Shown: positions 37,976-49,039, counted from the whole stretch's first letter. The stretch is DNA of 60,667 nucleotides, filler included, from 4 parts of 4 records of this genome joined end to end with filler, not necessarily neighbours in it, one strand, 5' to 3'. Made by a program: numbers and translations. Notes: generated by a model from the letters alone, not told the origin.

Positions 37976-40846
37976 CTACAGATGCCGGTTCAGCAAATCT
38001 TCCAACTCGGTACGGTAGTAGAGATACTGGATGGTCTGGATATGCTGCTGGTATATCTGTGGATCCAGGTCATGGGGTAGGTGAACATCCGTCAGGTAGA
38101 CCGGGTAGCGCTCATCACTTTGGCGGAGCGAACGAATATAGTGGGCCACCGCGGGTATCAGCTGGTCTCCATACTCCTGGACGGTAAATTCCTGATCGCC
38201 ACAGAAAATATCGAAACGCACCTGAGAGTCACCCTCCTGAATACCGATGGCCTGTACATCCAGCCCGGGCAGGCGCACGTTGCTGTCGGCGTCCGGCCGC
38301 CTCTCCGCACGCCACTGACTGTCGCGAAGCACCATCTCATAGCACTGGACACCTGCAACATCGGTCACGGCGTCCAGTTGTCGCAACTGCCGGCGTTCAA
38401 TCAGGTTCTCCAGGAATCGCAGCAAGGGCACCAGCAGGAAGCGACGATTGGTGTAACCCTGCTGCCAGCAGAACACCGATCCCAGTTCATCCACGACCCA
38501 CACCTTCGCGGTCTCTCCTGTGACCCGGTAGAACACCTGAATGTTATCCGGCTCGCTGGCATGGCACACGGCGCGTAATGGCAGGTCATCCAGCAAGGCG
38601 TATTGGTCAAACACCACTGGCACGTAGGATTCCTGCGGTTTGGACAGATACGCCATCAGTGCTTCGTTGCTGTCCAAGGCCACGAATCCGGGCTCAGTGC
38701 CATTGAATTGAAGCAGGAAGTATCGCCGATCCATCTCGATGACGTAACGCAGGGGATGAGGGCCGACACCGCCGGCGAAGAAATAACGCATCACGTCCAT
38801 GAACAGCTCGCGTACGCGCCGGGCTATGGCGGCTCCGTGGCCTGTGCTGTGGCTATGAACCATGATGTCCGGCAACCGGTCCGGAGCGTTGGCGACTGAT
38901 GCCAGCACGTTTTTGAGGCACTGCACCAGCGTGTCTCCGGCGGCGTAGTGCTGCAAACTCACCTCGTGCCAGCTATTGAAGGTGACCTGGTCAATGGTAT
39001 TCACCAGGTTTTCCCGTCCACCGCTGAAGCCCAGTGAATCGTGACGGGCGCTAAGCTTGTGCAAGCCCCGCTCGGTCAGATAGGCCTGAGGGTCGACCCC
39101 GACATTGACAAACAGCAGGTTGCGCAGCGGGTGCACACCCCGGGAAAGCGCCTCCCGGCCAGCCGGCTCCACCGGGAATGGCAGGAACGCACCAAGTGCA
39201 TCCAGCATTTCCCGCAGTTCTGCCACCGAGGCAATGCTGCTGCCGGCTCGCACATTCAACCGTGTGGCCCGGGTCAGCAAGCCGTTGTAATAGCCCCACA
39301 CCAACAGTTCACTGAGATTGCCCGAACGGCGTATGACCGGTTGCCAGAGCGCATCTGACGGGTCCTCAAGATCACGGTATAGCAACCAGCCGTCGTGACC
39401 AGCCGAACCACCCTGTTCCGACTGGTGATGGAACGCAAGATTCTCTTCTGCCAGGGAGGGGGCTAGCCCGGGGTTGATCTGCTCTACCTTCCCGGCCTTA
39501 CGCTGAAACGCCGCATACAACTTACGCCCCAGCAGGTTCATGTCATTGCTGGTGATGGCCGCACGGGTGCCATGATCCCGAGCCAGCCGAGACAACAGCC
39601 GGTAGCTGTGGGTCAACTCGGCCACCACGGCCCGCCGAAGGGTGACCACGTCCTCTGCGCGCCAGCGGATCCGGTTGTCCAGGTTTTTCAACTCAGCAGC
39701 CGACCAGCCCCAGGAGTCCACCAGGGCCTGCAACAGCCTGGCTCTCCAGCCTGAGAGGGTCTGTGCCGAACGGGTAAGCGGCAGGCCTGCCTTGAGATAA
39801 AGGCTCTGACGCACCAGGACCAGGCGTTGGGGGGCATCTTCTTCAAGCAGCCACTGCTCAAGGCGTTCGTAAAGCAGTACGTAGGGATCGAGCCGGTCAG
39901 GGTTGGTTTCACCGGAATACACCGCCGCCTTGAAGACCCGGGACAGCAGTGGTTTCTCATCGCTCTCTTGGCTCTCATTACTACGGGCATAACACTCGAT
40001 CAGCAGCAGCTTGAGGATCGACTTCCAGGGCATGTCGATGCCTTTGTACAACTGCCAGACTCCAGCCCCCAGAAACTCTTCCTGCGGTATCGAGGACACG
40101 GGGCCGAAATCAATGTACTCATCACCCCGGATAAAACGGCAGTCAATCAGCTGCCGGGCGCACTCGTCATAGCGTCGCTCATCCTCCACGGGGACCAGCC
40201 ACCACAATGGATAACGGCCGCCAAGATGAATGCTCGTGCGGTAGAATTCGTCCAGCAGCAAATAATGCTGTGAACTGCCGCAGTTTTCCCCGGTCACTTC
40301 CGCTCGCTGCCTTCCGGCACGCCAGTCAGCGGCGGAAAACACAAACACATGAAGCTCAACCCCCAGGCTTTCAGCCCAGATGGACAGACTTTGAGCCTTA
40401 CGTTCCAGGCAACGCACGCCCCGCTCCGAGAGATCCGGGCGATGACACAGCCAGATATCCAGATCACTGGCCACCGAATGGCCCAGGGTCCCGGGGCTGC
40501 CCATCAGGAAGAGGGCTTCCAGGTCTGGTTTTCTGCGCCCCTCGTCCTTGAGTGAAAAGGTTCTTGCCAGGCGCCGGGCAGCGTTCAACGTGGACTCAGG
40601 GGGCCGATAGTGGCTCAGTCCGTAAGGGCAGTCGCTGTCGAGATAGCCGGGCAAAGCCGGGTGATTAAGATGGAACACCAGTGGCAACACTTCCAGAACA
40701 GCCTGTTGCCGATAGGTCAGGGCCGAATGGGCACGATCCCAGCGCTCCCGGTTGACAGCCATGAACCGGTCCCGCAGCCGGCGCAGCGTTTTTCGGTCTA
40801 TACCCTCATCAAAGTCCAGGGCAATAGGAGCGGTTTGGATGGTCAA
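37976..40846 (-). CDS. cyaA: Class I adenylate cyclase
   Basis: MGSPGTLGHSVASDLDIW and LLLDEFYRT. Likely TTG start at 40846 after GGAG. Confidence 0.92.
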   Translation of the reverse strand: MTIQTAPIALDFDEGIDRKTLRRLRDRFMAVNRERWDRAHSALTYRQQAVLEVLPLVFHLNHPALPGYLDSDCPYGLSHYRPPESTLNAARRLARTFSLKDEGRRKPDLEALFLMGSPGTLGHSVASDLDIWLCHRPDLSERGVRCLERKAQSLSIWAESLGVELHVFVFSAADWRAGRQRAEVTGENCGSSQHYLLLDEFYRTSIHLGGRYPLWWLVPVEDERRYDECARQLIDCRFIRGDEYIDFGPVSSIPQEEFLGAGVWQLYKGIDMPWKSILKLLLIECYARSNESQESDEKPLLSRVFKAAVYSGETNPDRLDPYVLLYERLEQWLLEEDAPQRLVLVRQSLYLKAGLPLTRSAQTLSGWRARLLQALVDSWGWSAAELKNLDNRIRWRAEDVVTLRRAVVAELTHSYRLLSRLARDHGTRAAITSNDMNLLGRKLYAAFQRKAGKVEQINPGLAPSLAEENLAFHHQSEQGGSAGHDGWLLYRDLEDPSDALWQPVIRRSGNLSELLVWGYYNGLLTRATRLNVRAGSSIASVAELREMLDALGAFLPFPVEPAGREALSRGVHPLRNLLFVNVGVDPQAYLTERGLHKLSARHDSLGFSGGRENLVNTIDQVTFNSWHEVSLQHYAAGDTLVQCLKNVLASVANAPDRLPDIMVHSHSTGHGAAIARRVRELFMDVMRYFFAGGVGPHPLRYVIEMDRRYFLLQFNGTEPGFVALDSNEALMAYLSKPQESYVPVVFDQYALLDDLPLRAVCHASEPDNIQVFYRVTGETAKVWVVDELGSVFCWQQGYTNRRFLLVPLLRFLENLIERRQLRQLDAVTDVAGVQCYEMVLRDSQWRAERRPDADSNVRLPGLDVQAIGIQEGDSQVRFDIFCGDQEFTVQEYGDQLIPAVAHYIRSLRQSDERYPVYLTDVHLPHDLDPQIYQQHIQTIQYLYYRTELEDLLNRHL

Positions 40847-40980
40847 GGCGACTCCGCGGGAGAGGTTCTTTCCGATACCATTATCAGTATGATGACCGAA
40901 TCGTGGCAAAATCGGCAAAAAAATAAAAGCGGGAGAACATTAGCACGCTCCTGCCACAACTTGGCTGAGGCTTTTCCGTC

Positions 40981-42793
40981 GTGAAAGAATTCTTTATCCG
41001 TCGAGACCGTTCCGACACCCCCCAGGGTGCCGAACGTCGAACCCTGATCCGCATCAACGACGACGGCGTGATCCTGTTCGCTGATCATCACGCCGAGGCA
41101 GTGTTGGGCTACGACGCCAGCGAACTGGAGGGTCGCAAGGTTCAGTGCATCCTGGCCGCACGCCAGGACGATCCCTTTGCACCGGCCCATCGCCACCGAA
41201 TTGAAAATGGCGAGTCGATACTGATCACCTTCCGCCACAAGGAAGGCTTTTTCTTCACAGCGGGTCTCAGCCTGCGCATGGACATTCGCGATTCCGACCA
41301 GGCCGCCAGCGCATTTATAAGCCAGCGGGATCATTCCCCCATCGACCACCGCCTGATTCGGCTGACTGAAACTTCCGCCGGCGTTGGTATCTGGGAGCTG
41401 GACCTCCACAGCAATGAGTTGATCTGGACGGACGGCATGTATCATTTGCTGGAATTAAGACCCGGTAGCGAAATCACGCCCGAACAGGCACTTTTCTACT
41501 GCCAGTCCAGCCAGGGCAGGATACGCGCCCTGTTCCGTCGCTGCATCCGCACCGGGCAGCCCTTCTCCCTGACGCTGGATCTGATAACCGCGCGACAGAA
41601 CGTTCGCCAAGTGACGTTGACTGGCCGGGCCCTGAAAGCCGGCGAACGAATACAGCGACTGGGAGGAACGCTGGTTGACCACACGCCTGAGCGCAATCAT
41701 ACCCTCGCCCGCCAGCAGGCGGAGCAAATGCTGGGCGCCACGATCAACGCCACCAACGACCTGGTGGTCGCCGTTGATCGCCAGCTAAACCTACTGCATT
41801 TCAACCGTGCCTTCAGTCGCCAGTTCGAGATTACCTTCGGCCTCCGGCCGGAATCCGGAAGCAACCTGAGCGCCGTATTGCAGGGCTTCCCCAACGAACG
41901 ACGGCTTATCGAGCGACTCTGGCACCGCGCCTTCGAACGCGACAGCTTCGTGGTGGAAATGCCCATGGCGCAGCAGCACCGGGAGCTGCCCCTGTACGAG
42001 ATCCACTATCAACGCCTGACTAATGACCAGGGCGACGTGATTGGCGCCGTTCATGTGGCCCGGGACATCAGCGACCGCCTGCAGAATTCCTCCAGCAGCG
42101 AATACCGCGTCCAGCATGATCCGGTCACCGGCCTGATGAACCGCAAAGCCTTCCTGGGCCGCCTGCAACGAACACTGGAGCAGAAGCCACGGCGGGAGAG
42201 CAGTGACAGCCTGCTCTATCTCGACCTGGATGGGTTTGACCACTTCAACGACATCGCCGGCAGCGGCACCTGCGACCGTTACCTGCGTGAGCTGGCCGGC
42301 AATCTCGGGGTCAAGATCCGACAGCGGGATGCGCTGGCACGACTGGCCGGCGACACCTTCGCCCTGCTGATCGAAAACTGCCCCGAAGCGCGCGCCCGCA
42401 AGATTGCCGACAGCATTCTCGAGCTGATCGGCGGCTTCGTGTTCCACTGGCAGGACAAGCAGTTACAGACAACGGCCAGTGGCGGCCTGCTGTTTCTGGA
42501 CGACGACGCGCCCACCGATTCCGAACAACTGCTGACCCAGGCGGCTGACCTGTGCCACACCGCAAAAACGTCCGGTCGCAACCGGATTCATGCCGCCCGG
42601 GCCATGTCCCTGTCGCTGGACGAGGGCACGGCCAACGAGGTGCTGGCACAAATCCAGCAGGCACTCGACAGTGGCCACCTAAAGCTTGAATACCAATCGC
42701 TGCGCCCCGTGGCCAGCGTTACCTGGGGCGACCACATCGAAATACTGACCCGGATTCCCGGTGAGACGCCGGACAGCCCTCCCCTGACCCCGG
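40981..42793 (+). CDS. PAS-GGDEF(degenerate)-EAL protein, 3' truncated
   Basis: PAS repeats, HDPVTGLMNR, RLAGDTF in place of GGDEF, and the start of an EAL domain (YQSL...EIL). Confidence 0.85.
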
Positions 42794-42893
42794 NNNNNNN
42801 NNNNNNNNNNNNNNNNNNNNNNNNNNNNNNNNNNNNNTTAATTAATTAANNNNNNNNNNNNNNNNNNNNNNNNNNNNNNNNNNNNNNNNNNNN
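42794..42893. other. Artificial contig linker
   Basis: N runs plus TTAATTAATTAA. Confidence 0.98.
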
Positions 42894-43025
42894 GCAGACG
42901 GTATTGACTTAGGAGAGATGTCAGCAAAATTGCTTGAGAAGATCGAAGAATTAACACTTTACATTATTGAGCAAGACAAGAAAATCAATGCTTTAGAAGA
43001 AGTAGTGAATGAAATAAATAAATAA
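42894..43025 (+). CDS. 3' end of a protein with S74-like chaperone/coiled-coil C-terminus
   Basis: Translates ADGIDLGEMSAKLLEKIEELTLYIIEQDKKINALEEVVNEINK*. Confidence 0.75.
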   Translation, partial: ADGIDLGEMSAKLLEKIEELTLYIIEQDKKINALEEVVNEINK

Positions 43026-43043
43026 CCTCCTAGAACTGATCTT

Positions 43044-46000
43044 ATGAAAACAATTCTAGGAGTACTCGTAATACTATTCATTTTTACTTTTGGAGCGAAT
43101 GCTCAAGAGTTTGATCCGAATAAAACTTTTTCAGAAATTGTTGCTGAAAGAGAGGCCTATTTTGCCGATCAACGTCAATTATACGGTGATGATGCATTAT
43201 TGACCGAAGGAGGAGAATTTAATGAATACCGCAGATGGTATGAATTCTGGTTGCCGCGTATCGCACCGAATAGTACAATGTCTGAATTCTACGCCCGATT
43301 GGGAGATCCAGAAGCACTACCAAGCCAAAAATCCGCAGGAAATATAGATGATTGGTATGAACTTGGTCCAATAGATAAACCAATTGCAGGAATCGAAAAC
43401 ATTGGTAATGGTGGAAGCGATAGAGGAATTGGAGTAATCAACTCTCTGTTCATTCATCCGAATAATCCCAAATTGCTTCTTGCAAACTCAAAAGCTGGCG
43501 GACTATTTTCATCTTTTGATAAGGGACAAAGCTGGACAAACGCTGGTTCTGACGAATGGTGGAGATCTGGATGTCACGCGATGGCTTTTGCTCCAAATAC
43601 TGAAAAAACATGGTATGCAGCGTCAACGATGGGCGGAACCTACTACTCTCCTCCAATCGGAGCAAATGGTGGAGTTTACCGTACAGATAATTCAGGACTT
43701 GTTTGGAAAATTATTGCTGATAAGTACGACTTCGATTCAAACCCAAGCATTGGTGAAACAGTATTTGTAAATAGTATTAAAATTGATCCAGTGAACCCAA
43801 ACATCGGTTATCTTGGAACTAACATCGGTTTATACAGAAGTACAAATATCAACGATCCAACGCCTTCAAATGTAATTTGGAAAAAAGTACTGGATGATTA
43901 TGTAGAGGATATCGAGTTCAAAATGGATGGTTCATCTATTGCCTTTATTTCGCATAAAAACACATCCAATCAGTGGTTTGTGTCTTCAACAGTAGACGGA
44001 GGAAATACATGGAATCCACTGCCTGGTTACTCATTTAGCTCAGCTACTAAGCAAATCGTTATCGAAGTAAGTCAAGCTAATTCAAATTTACTTTGGGTTC
44101 TAGACAGAGAAGGTTCAGCCAAACTGAGAATCTTTAATTATTCAGGTTCTTCTTGGTTAATGCAACCACCCTCTTTCACAAATCAAGTTGGTTGGGGACA
44201 CGGATTTGGAGTTTCACATTTTAACTCCAATATAATCTATGTTTCAAATTATGACCGCTTTCAGAAGTCAACGGATGGAGGTGCGACTTTCACCACTATA
44301 ACGATGAGTACGGGAGCTCCAGCAACTAGGTACCATGCAGATGTGGAAGATATTGTAACTCCTTACGCACTTTGCCCAAACTGTGCATCAAGTGTCAATG
44401 AAGTTTACGTAGCAACGCATGGTGGAGTCAATTATTCTAACGACAATGTTGCAACACTTTCAACGCGAAGCAGAGGACTTGGAGTTGCAAAAATTACTGA
44501 ACCAAGCAGCGCTGCTCTTAATCCTGAAGAAATATCTATGGGATTAGATCATGATGGAACTGTTTTGAGTGATGGTACTTTTGGTCAAAACTGGACTCCG
44601 AGTTGGAAAACAATTCATTATGGAGATGGAGGAATGACGCAAATCGATTATTCAAATTCGGACGTTTTGTGGTATGAATCACAAGTGAGTCCGCCAAGAG
44701 TATCGGTCGACAGGGCTGTAACAACGCAAGCAACCAATTTTCCATTGTCGAATGACTTCTACGTTGAAATGATTCAAAATCAAACGTTTCCGAAAATTCT
44801 GTATTCAAAGGCTCGCGCAGGCGGAACTAGCACACAGTATGAGGAAGTTTATCGTTCAAACAACTATGGCTTGAGTGGAAGTACAACTGAGCAAATCTCA
44901 GATTTTCAATTACTGTTAGCACCAAATCAATGGGTGTGGGGAATTTTTCCAGCTAGGACTAATCCAAACTACCTATATGCTAACGTAAACGCTAATGCAC
45001 CAACTTGGGAAGGTCATTTTTACCGAACTCAAATTGCGTTAGATCCAACCGCTTCAACTGTTAAAACGTCATGGAAAGAGCTTCCAGTTCCGTATAACGG
45101 AAGCGTGAAAGCCGTGGATGTACGTGATGAAGATGTAGTGTACTTTGGATCCGGAGGTCAACCATGGGATCCAATTTTCAAACTGTATGTTGTGGATTAC
45201 TCAAATCCAGCTACTGCGATATCCACGATGATAGATATTTCAGGAGATCCTATGACAGGAGGTCTTCCAGATATGCCAATCAACAGCCTTGTTCAAGAAC
45301 TTGGAAGTAATGGTGGAATCTATGTATCTACTGATATTGGTGTGTTCTACGCTAACAATACAACGATCATTCCTAATGGAACGTGCGTTTGGAAGGAGTT
45401 AGGGACTAACTTACCGAATATTCCACTCGGAAAACTTGAAATCAACTATGTTGCAAATAAAGTTAGAGTTGGAACTCCAGGACGTGGAATCTGGGAACAT
45501 GACTTATGGTGTCCAGCAGTCGCAAATGCAACGTACTCAGGAGCACAAACGGGTACTCAATTCCTAGAAGTTTACGGATGGATCAATTCGACAGCATCCA
45601 TTACTGGAAGTTCGAAGATAACATATCGAGCTGCGACAGAGATTAATCTGAATCCTGGCTTTATAGCGTTACCTTCTGGAGGTTTGGCTGGATACTTCGA
45701 AGGATTTATTCATGGTTGCTCGGTTGTTGGAAGTAGTCCAAACTTGAAAAACTTGGATGAAGTTGAAGATCAAAACCCAACAAGCACTGGAACAGAACTT
45801 CGTCCTATTGAGCCTGAAATTAGAGCGTTCCCGAATCCTTCTGAAGGATTATTTACGTTGGATATTAAGAACGATCAGATTTATGATGTAACTGTTTACA
45901 GTTCAACAGGAACAGAGATGATTCGCTTCAATCAAACAATTGTAAACAATTTGAAACTCGATTTATCGATGTTTGAAGCAGGAGTTTATTTTGTCAGATG

Positions 46001-46046
46001 CAGTAATGCAAATGATTTCAAGTCAATTACGATCTTGAAAAAATAG
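43044..46046 (+). CDS. T9SS-secreted BNR/VPS10-like beta-propeller protein
   Basis: Signal peptide, Asp-box repeats (SFDKGQSW, TVDGGNTW, STDGGATF) and a C-terminal FPNPS...GVYFV...ILKK type A sorting domain. Confidence 0.85.
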   Translation: MKTILGVLVILFIFTFGANAQEFDPNKTFSEIVAEREAYFADQRQLYGDDALLTEGGEFNEYRRWYEFWLPRIAPNSTMSEFYARLGDPEALPSQKSAGNIDDWYELGPIDKPIAGIENIGNGGSDRGIGVINSLFIHPNNPKLLLANSKAGGLFSSFDKGQSWTNAGSDEWWRSGCHAMAFAPNTEKTWYAASTMGGTYYSPPIGANGGVYRTDNSGLVWKIIADKYDFDSNPSIGETVFVNSIKIDPVNPNIGYLGTNIGLYRSTNINDPTPSNVIWKKVLDDYVEDIEFKMDGSSIAFISHKNTSNQWFVSSTVDGGNTWNPLPGYSFSSATKQIVIEVSQANSNLLWVLDREGSAKLRIFNYSGSSWLMQPPSFTNQVGWGHGFGVSHFNSNIIYVSNYDRFQKSTDGGATFTTITMSTGAPATRYHADVEDIVTPYALCPNCASSVNEVYVATHGGVNYSNDNVATLSTRSRGLGVAKITEPSSAALNPEEISMGLDHDGTVLSDGTFGQNWTPSWKTIHYGDGGMTQIDYSNSDVLWYESQVSPPRVSVDRAVTTQATNFPLSNDFYVEMIQNQTFPKILYSKARAGGTSTQYEEVYRSNNYGLSGSTTEQISDFQLLLAPNQWVWGIFPARTNPNYLYANVNANAPTWEGHFYRTQIALDPTASTVKTSWKELPVPYNGSVKAVDVRDEDVVYFGSGGQPWDPIFKLYVVDYSNPATAISTMIDISGDPMTGGLPDMPINSLVQELGSNGGIYVSTDIGVFYANNTTIIPNGTCVWKELGTNLPNIPLGKLEINYVANKVRVGTPGRGIWEHDLWCPAVANATYSGAQTGTQFLEVYGWINSTASITGSSKITYRAATEINLNPGFIALPSGGLAGYFEGFIHGCSVVGSSPNLKNLDEVEDQNPTSTGTELRPIEPEIRAFPNPSEGLFTLDIKNDQIYDVTVYSSTGTEMIRFNQTIVNNLKLDLSMFEAGVYFVRCSNANDFKSITILKK

Positions 46047-46061
46047 CATCCTTAAAATGGT

Positions 46062-46099
46062 AAAAAGGGATCGTAGCTTAATTGCTGCGATCCCTTTTT
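46062..46099. terminator. Bidirectional terminator
   Basis: AAAAAGGGATCGTAGC-TTAATT-GCTGCGATCCCTTTTT between convergent genes. Confidence 0.8.
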
Positions 46100-46120
46100 C
46101 TTGTCTTCTAACTTCAATCT

Positions 46121-47830
46121 CTATTTCTTCCAATGCTCATAAGACCGAACCTGAAGATGATTTTGATCTTCTATTCGCTTCACACTATAAATGTTGTAGA
46201 AATATCTATTCACCTCAGGAAAAGTAAATTCCATAAGTTGTCCTTTTCGTTCAACAGAAAGGGTTTTCGTGTCATCATCAAAGTAATTGAGCCACTTATC
46301 CAATTCTCCGTTGCACATAAAACCATTTACGGCTACTACTTTATCTTCCAACATGAGTCCCGAAGTTTCCGCTGGACCACCTGGATACATTGAAGTTATC
46401 AAAATCCCATCAGGCGAAATCACCGTTTTAAATCCGAGTCTTCCCTCAGAATATCGTGGAGAAGGTTCATGAACCAACTCTAATCCAAGATAATCCAAAC
46501 TCTCTGTGATTATCGATTCGTAAGGACGAGTTCCGTTGATGTAATCATCAAAAAATGCATCAAACGACTCCCCTGCTATTTCCTCAATTGTATTTTTATA
46601 ATCCGCTTCAGAAACGCCTTTTCCTTTCAGTGCGAAATCAAAATAAAGCATTCTCATAACATCATCTAGCCCAGCTTTGTTTCCTGTTGCCCGCAAAATT
46701 CGAACATCGGTAACAAATGCCAAGAGACAACCTTCCGTATAAATGGAAACTTTTCTCCCAGGGGCTCCCGCTTCATATCCATCTAACCACGTGTCATAAG
46801 AAGAATCCGCTACCGAATAATTAAATCTTCCATGGTTATCAAAATGCTTCTGCAATTGACGATTGAATTCAAAAAAGTATTGATCATCATTAAAAACCCC
46901 ACTTTTTAGCAAAAACAAATCTCCCATGTACGTTGTAACGCCTTCGCAGATGTAGCCCAAACGAGAGTAATTCTCTTTCGAAAAATCGTATGGCTGCATT
47001 TCAATTGGGCGAATGGTTTTCACATTCCATGTATGATAAAGTTCATGTGAACTCACTCCTAGCAATTCTTTATACATATCGCCAAACACCTCGTACGAAG
47101 GACCAAGTGCAATTACTGTAGACTTTTTATGCTCTACTCCGTGGTATGCACGGTAAGGAAGAATTTGATTCAAAAAATGGTATTCTTTCACTGGAAATTC
47201 TAAAAACTTCCCAATTTGACTATCCGTAAAGCGTTTAAAGTCTGTTAGAACGCGGTCCCAATCAGGTTTCACTTCTCCGTTAAACCAAACATTGAATGTT
47301 GTATTTCCGCTTTCATAACTTCTGTGCTGTAATTGCCCAGAACAGATGAATGGAGAATCGAAAAGGGTATCAAAATTCTCTGCACAATAGACACCGTCCT
47401 TTTCTTCCATCGACCCAGCAAACTTCCAATAAGCGGGAACATTTAGTGTCAACTCTATTTCAGAATCTACACTTTCATCTGTGTAGACGCAGCAATTCAC
47501 TGGATTTACATACAATTGATCGCTGTTCAAAAAGGTTGAACCAGCATTAAGATCTTTCGCATAGTAACCATACTTGACCGTAATTTGCGACATATCTTTT
47601 GTTTCAACTATCCATCGATCTTTCGCTACTTTTTTTGCATCCACAGGAACATTATTCGAATCGAAGACTTTAAAATTCCGAACATTTTTAGCGAAGTTTC
47701 CTAGTTCGTAGCGACCTGGTCTCCAGCTTGGCATTTGAATTATTGTAAGATCTTCAGACGTTTGAAATAGCGCAGAAATCTGAATATACTGCGTATTCGG
47801 TTGTGGGATATCGAATGTAAACTTTACCAT
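46121..47830 (-). CDS. M61 family metallopeptidase (glycyl aminopeptidase) with PDZ domain
   Basis: MPSWRPGRY, GVEH, HELYHTWN, EGVTTY and C-terminal PDZ. Start 47830 fits the upstream promoter element. Confidence 0.9.
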   Translation of the reverse strand: MVKFTFDIPQPNTQYIQISALFQTSEDLTIIQMPSWRPGRYELGNFAKNVRNFKVFDSNNVPVDAKKVAKDRWIVETKDMSQITVKYGYYAKDLNAGSTFLNSDQLYVNPVNCCVYTDESVDSEIELTLNVPAYWKFAGSMEEKDGVYCAENFDTLFDSPFICSGQLQHRSYESGNTTFNVWFNGEVKPDWDRVLTDFKRFTDSQIGKFLEFPVKEYHFLNQILPYRAYHGVEHKKSTVIALGPSYEVFGDMYKELLGVSSHELYHTWNVKTIRPIEMQPYDFSKENYSRLGYICEGVTTYMGDLFLLKSGVFNDDQYFFEFNRQLQKHFDNHGRFNYSVADSSYDTWLDGYEAGAPGRKVSIYTEGCLLAFVTDVRILRATGNKAGLDDVMRMLYFDFALKGKGVSEADYKNTIEEIAGESFDAFFDDYINGTRPYESIITESLDYLGLELVHEPSPRYSEGRLGFKTVISPDGILITSMYPGGPAETSGLMLEDKVVAVNGFMCNGELDKWLNYFDDDTKTLSVERKGQLMEFTFPEVNRYFYNIYSVKRIEDQNHLQVRSYEHWKK

Positions 47831-47845
47831 GACACTAATTTTATT

Positions 47846-47853
47846 CAAAGTTA
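47846..47853 (-). promoter_or_regulatory. Bacteroidota -7 promoter element TAACTTTG
   Basis: Matches TAnnTTTG upstream of the M61 gene. Confidence 0.6.
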
Positions 47854-47960
47854 ATGATCTCAGCCTTCAAAGAGACATTTTGATACAAATTCTAGAACCT
47901 GAAAAATGCTATTCCCCTCTTATTCAGAAGTTTTTTTTCTTGTGTTTCAGAAAAGCGTTG

Positions 47961-47968
47961 TACCTTTG
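47961..47968 (+). promoter_or_regulatory. Bacteroidota -7 promoter element TACCTTTG
   Basis: Matches TAnnTTTG upstream of the 48009 gene. Confidence 0.6.
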
Positions 47969-48008
47969 CGCCGATTATCCCCTAATTAGTCAATTACAAT
48001 ACACTAGA

Positions 48009-48905
48009 ATGATTTCAATAAACTCCCACTTTTTTAAGCTTTTTATTCCGACAATTTCTGTAATAGCGCTTTGTTTTTCTTCTTATTCACAATCCGTTAC
48101 GGTAGGTAATGGAATTTGTGAGCTACCTGTTTTTGAAGACTGGAGTAAAGGAAATGGTTCAAAACCTTGTTCATGCAGTTGGATTGATAACGAAACAAAA
48201 TTCTATGTATGTTCTTATGGAAACTGCGGGAACTTATACTATAGCGAATGTGTTTCAAACGATTGTGCAGGTGGTCAAGCATCTCCTTCTGGTTGGTATC
48301 AAGGTGCAGGAAATAGTGGTTTCCAGACGTGTATTATGATTCTTCCTGTGGAATTATCTGAATTCAAAGGAACATCTGCTAACTCCAGAATCGAATTAAT
48401 GTGGCAAACATTGAGTGAAAGAAATTGTTCTCACTTCGAAGTATATCACTCAGAAAATGGAATTGATTTTGAAATACTTACATCAACAAATGCCGCTGGA
48501 AACTCTGTTGAAGTGAACAATTACCTTTTTTATCATCAAAAGGCGCCGATTGGTATCAACTACTACAAATTGAGAATTGTCGATGTAAATGGTGAATTTG
48601 AGGAATCAAATGTTATTGCTGTGGATAACCGTCCAGCCACGGGAAATCAATTATTCTCAAACCTTTACCCAAACCCAGCGAACGAATCTATTAAGTTCGA
48701 TTATTTAGGAAAGGAAATAGAAGATCCTATTTACCTCGAAATAGTTTCATCAACAGGAAGACTGGTTCACAGTGAGACGATTTTTATTTCTTCTAGTGTA
48801 CATGAAATCGCAACAAATGTCGAAACTCTTGAGTCGGGTTTATACATCGTTCGCATAAATCAGCTGCAAAAGAGTGAAATCAAACACCTAACTATTCAAC
48901 GATAA
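48009..48905 (+). CDS. T9SS cargo protein with small Cys-rich N-domain, LPVEL-Ig domain and type A CTD
   Basis: Signal peptide, 8 Cys in about 75 aa, LPVELSEF, YYKLRIVD and LYPNPA...GLYIV. Start ATG 48009. Confidence 0.85.
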   Translation: MISINSHFFKLFIPTISVIALCFSSYSQSVTVGNGICELPVFEDWSKGNGSKPCSCSWIDNETKFYVCSYGNCGNLYYSECVSNDCAGGQASPSGWYQGAGNSGFQTCIMILPVELSEFKGTSANSRIELMWQTLSERNCSHFEVYHSENGIDFEILTSTNAAGNSVEVNNYLFYHQKAPIGINYYKLRIVDVNGEFEESNVIAVDNRPATGNQLFSNLYPNPANESIKFDYLGKEIEDPIYLEIVSSTGRLVHSETIFISSSVHEIATNVETLESGLYIVRINQLQKSEIKHLTIQR

Positions 48906-48940
48906 TCGTTGGTTGAACAGTGAATCAAACTTCGATAGAA

Positions 48941-49020
48941 GCGCACAACGAAGTAGCACCGTAGGTAAAGCTTGATTTAACCACTGAACCGCCACTTTTG
49001 GGTGAGTGCTGTTATAAGGC
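48941..49020 (-). mobile_element. attC-like site downstream of the cassette pseudogene
   Basis: Minus strand GCCTTATAAC AGCAC...GTGCT ACTTC GTTGTGCGC: AAC...GTT ends with partly pairing inner arms. Confidence 0.55.
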
Positions 49021-49039
49021 GTTTTTCTCTGTCTTTTCG

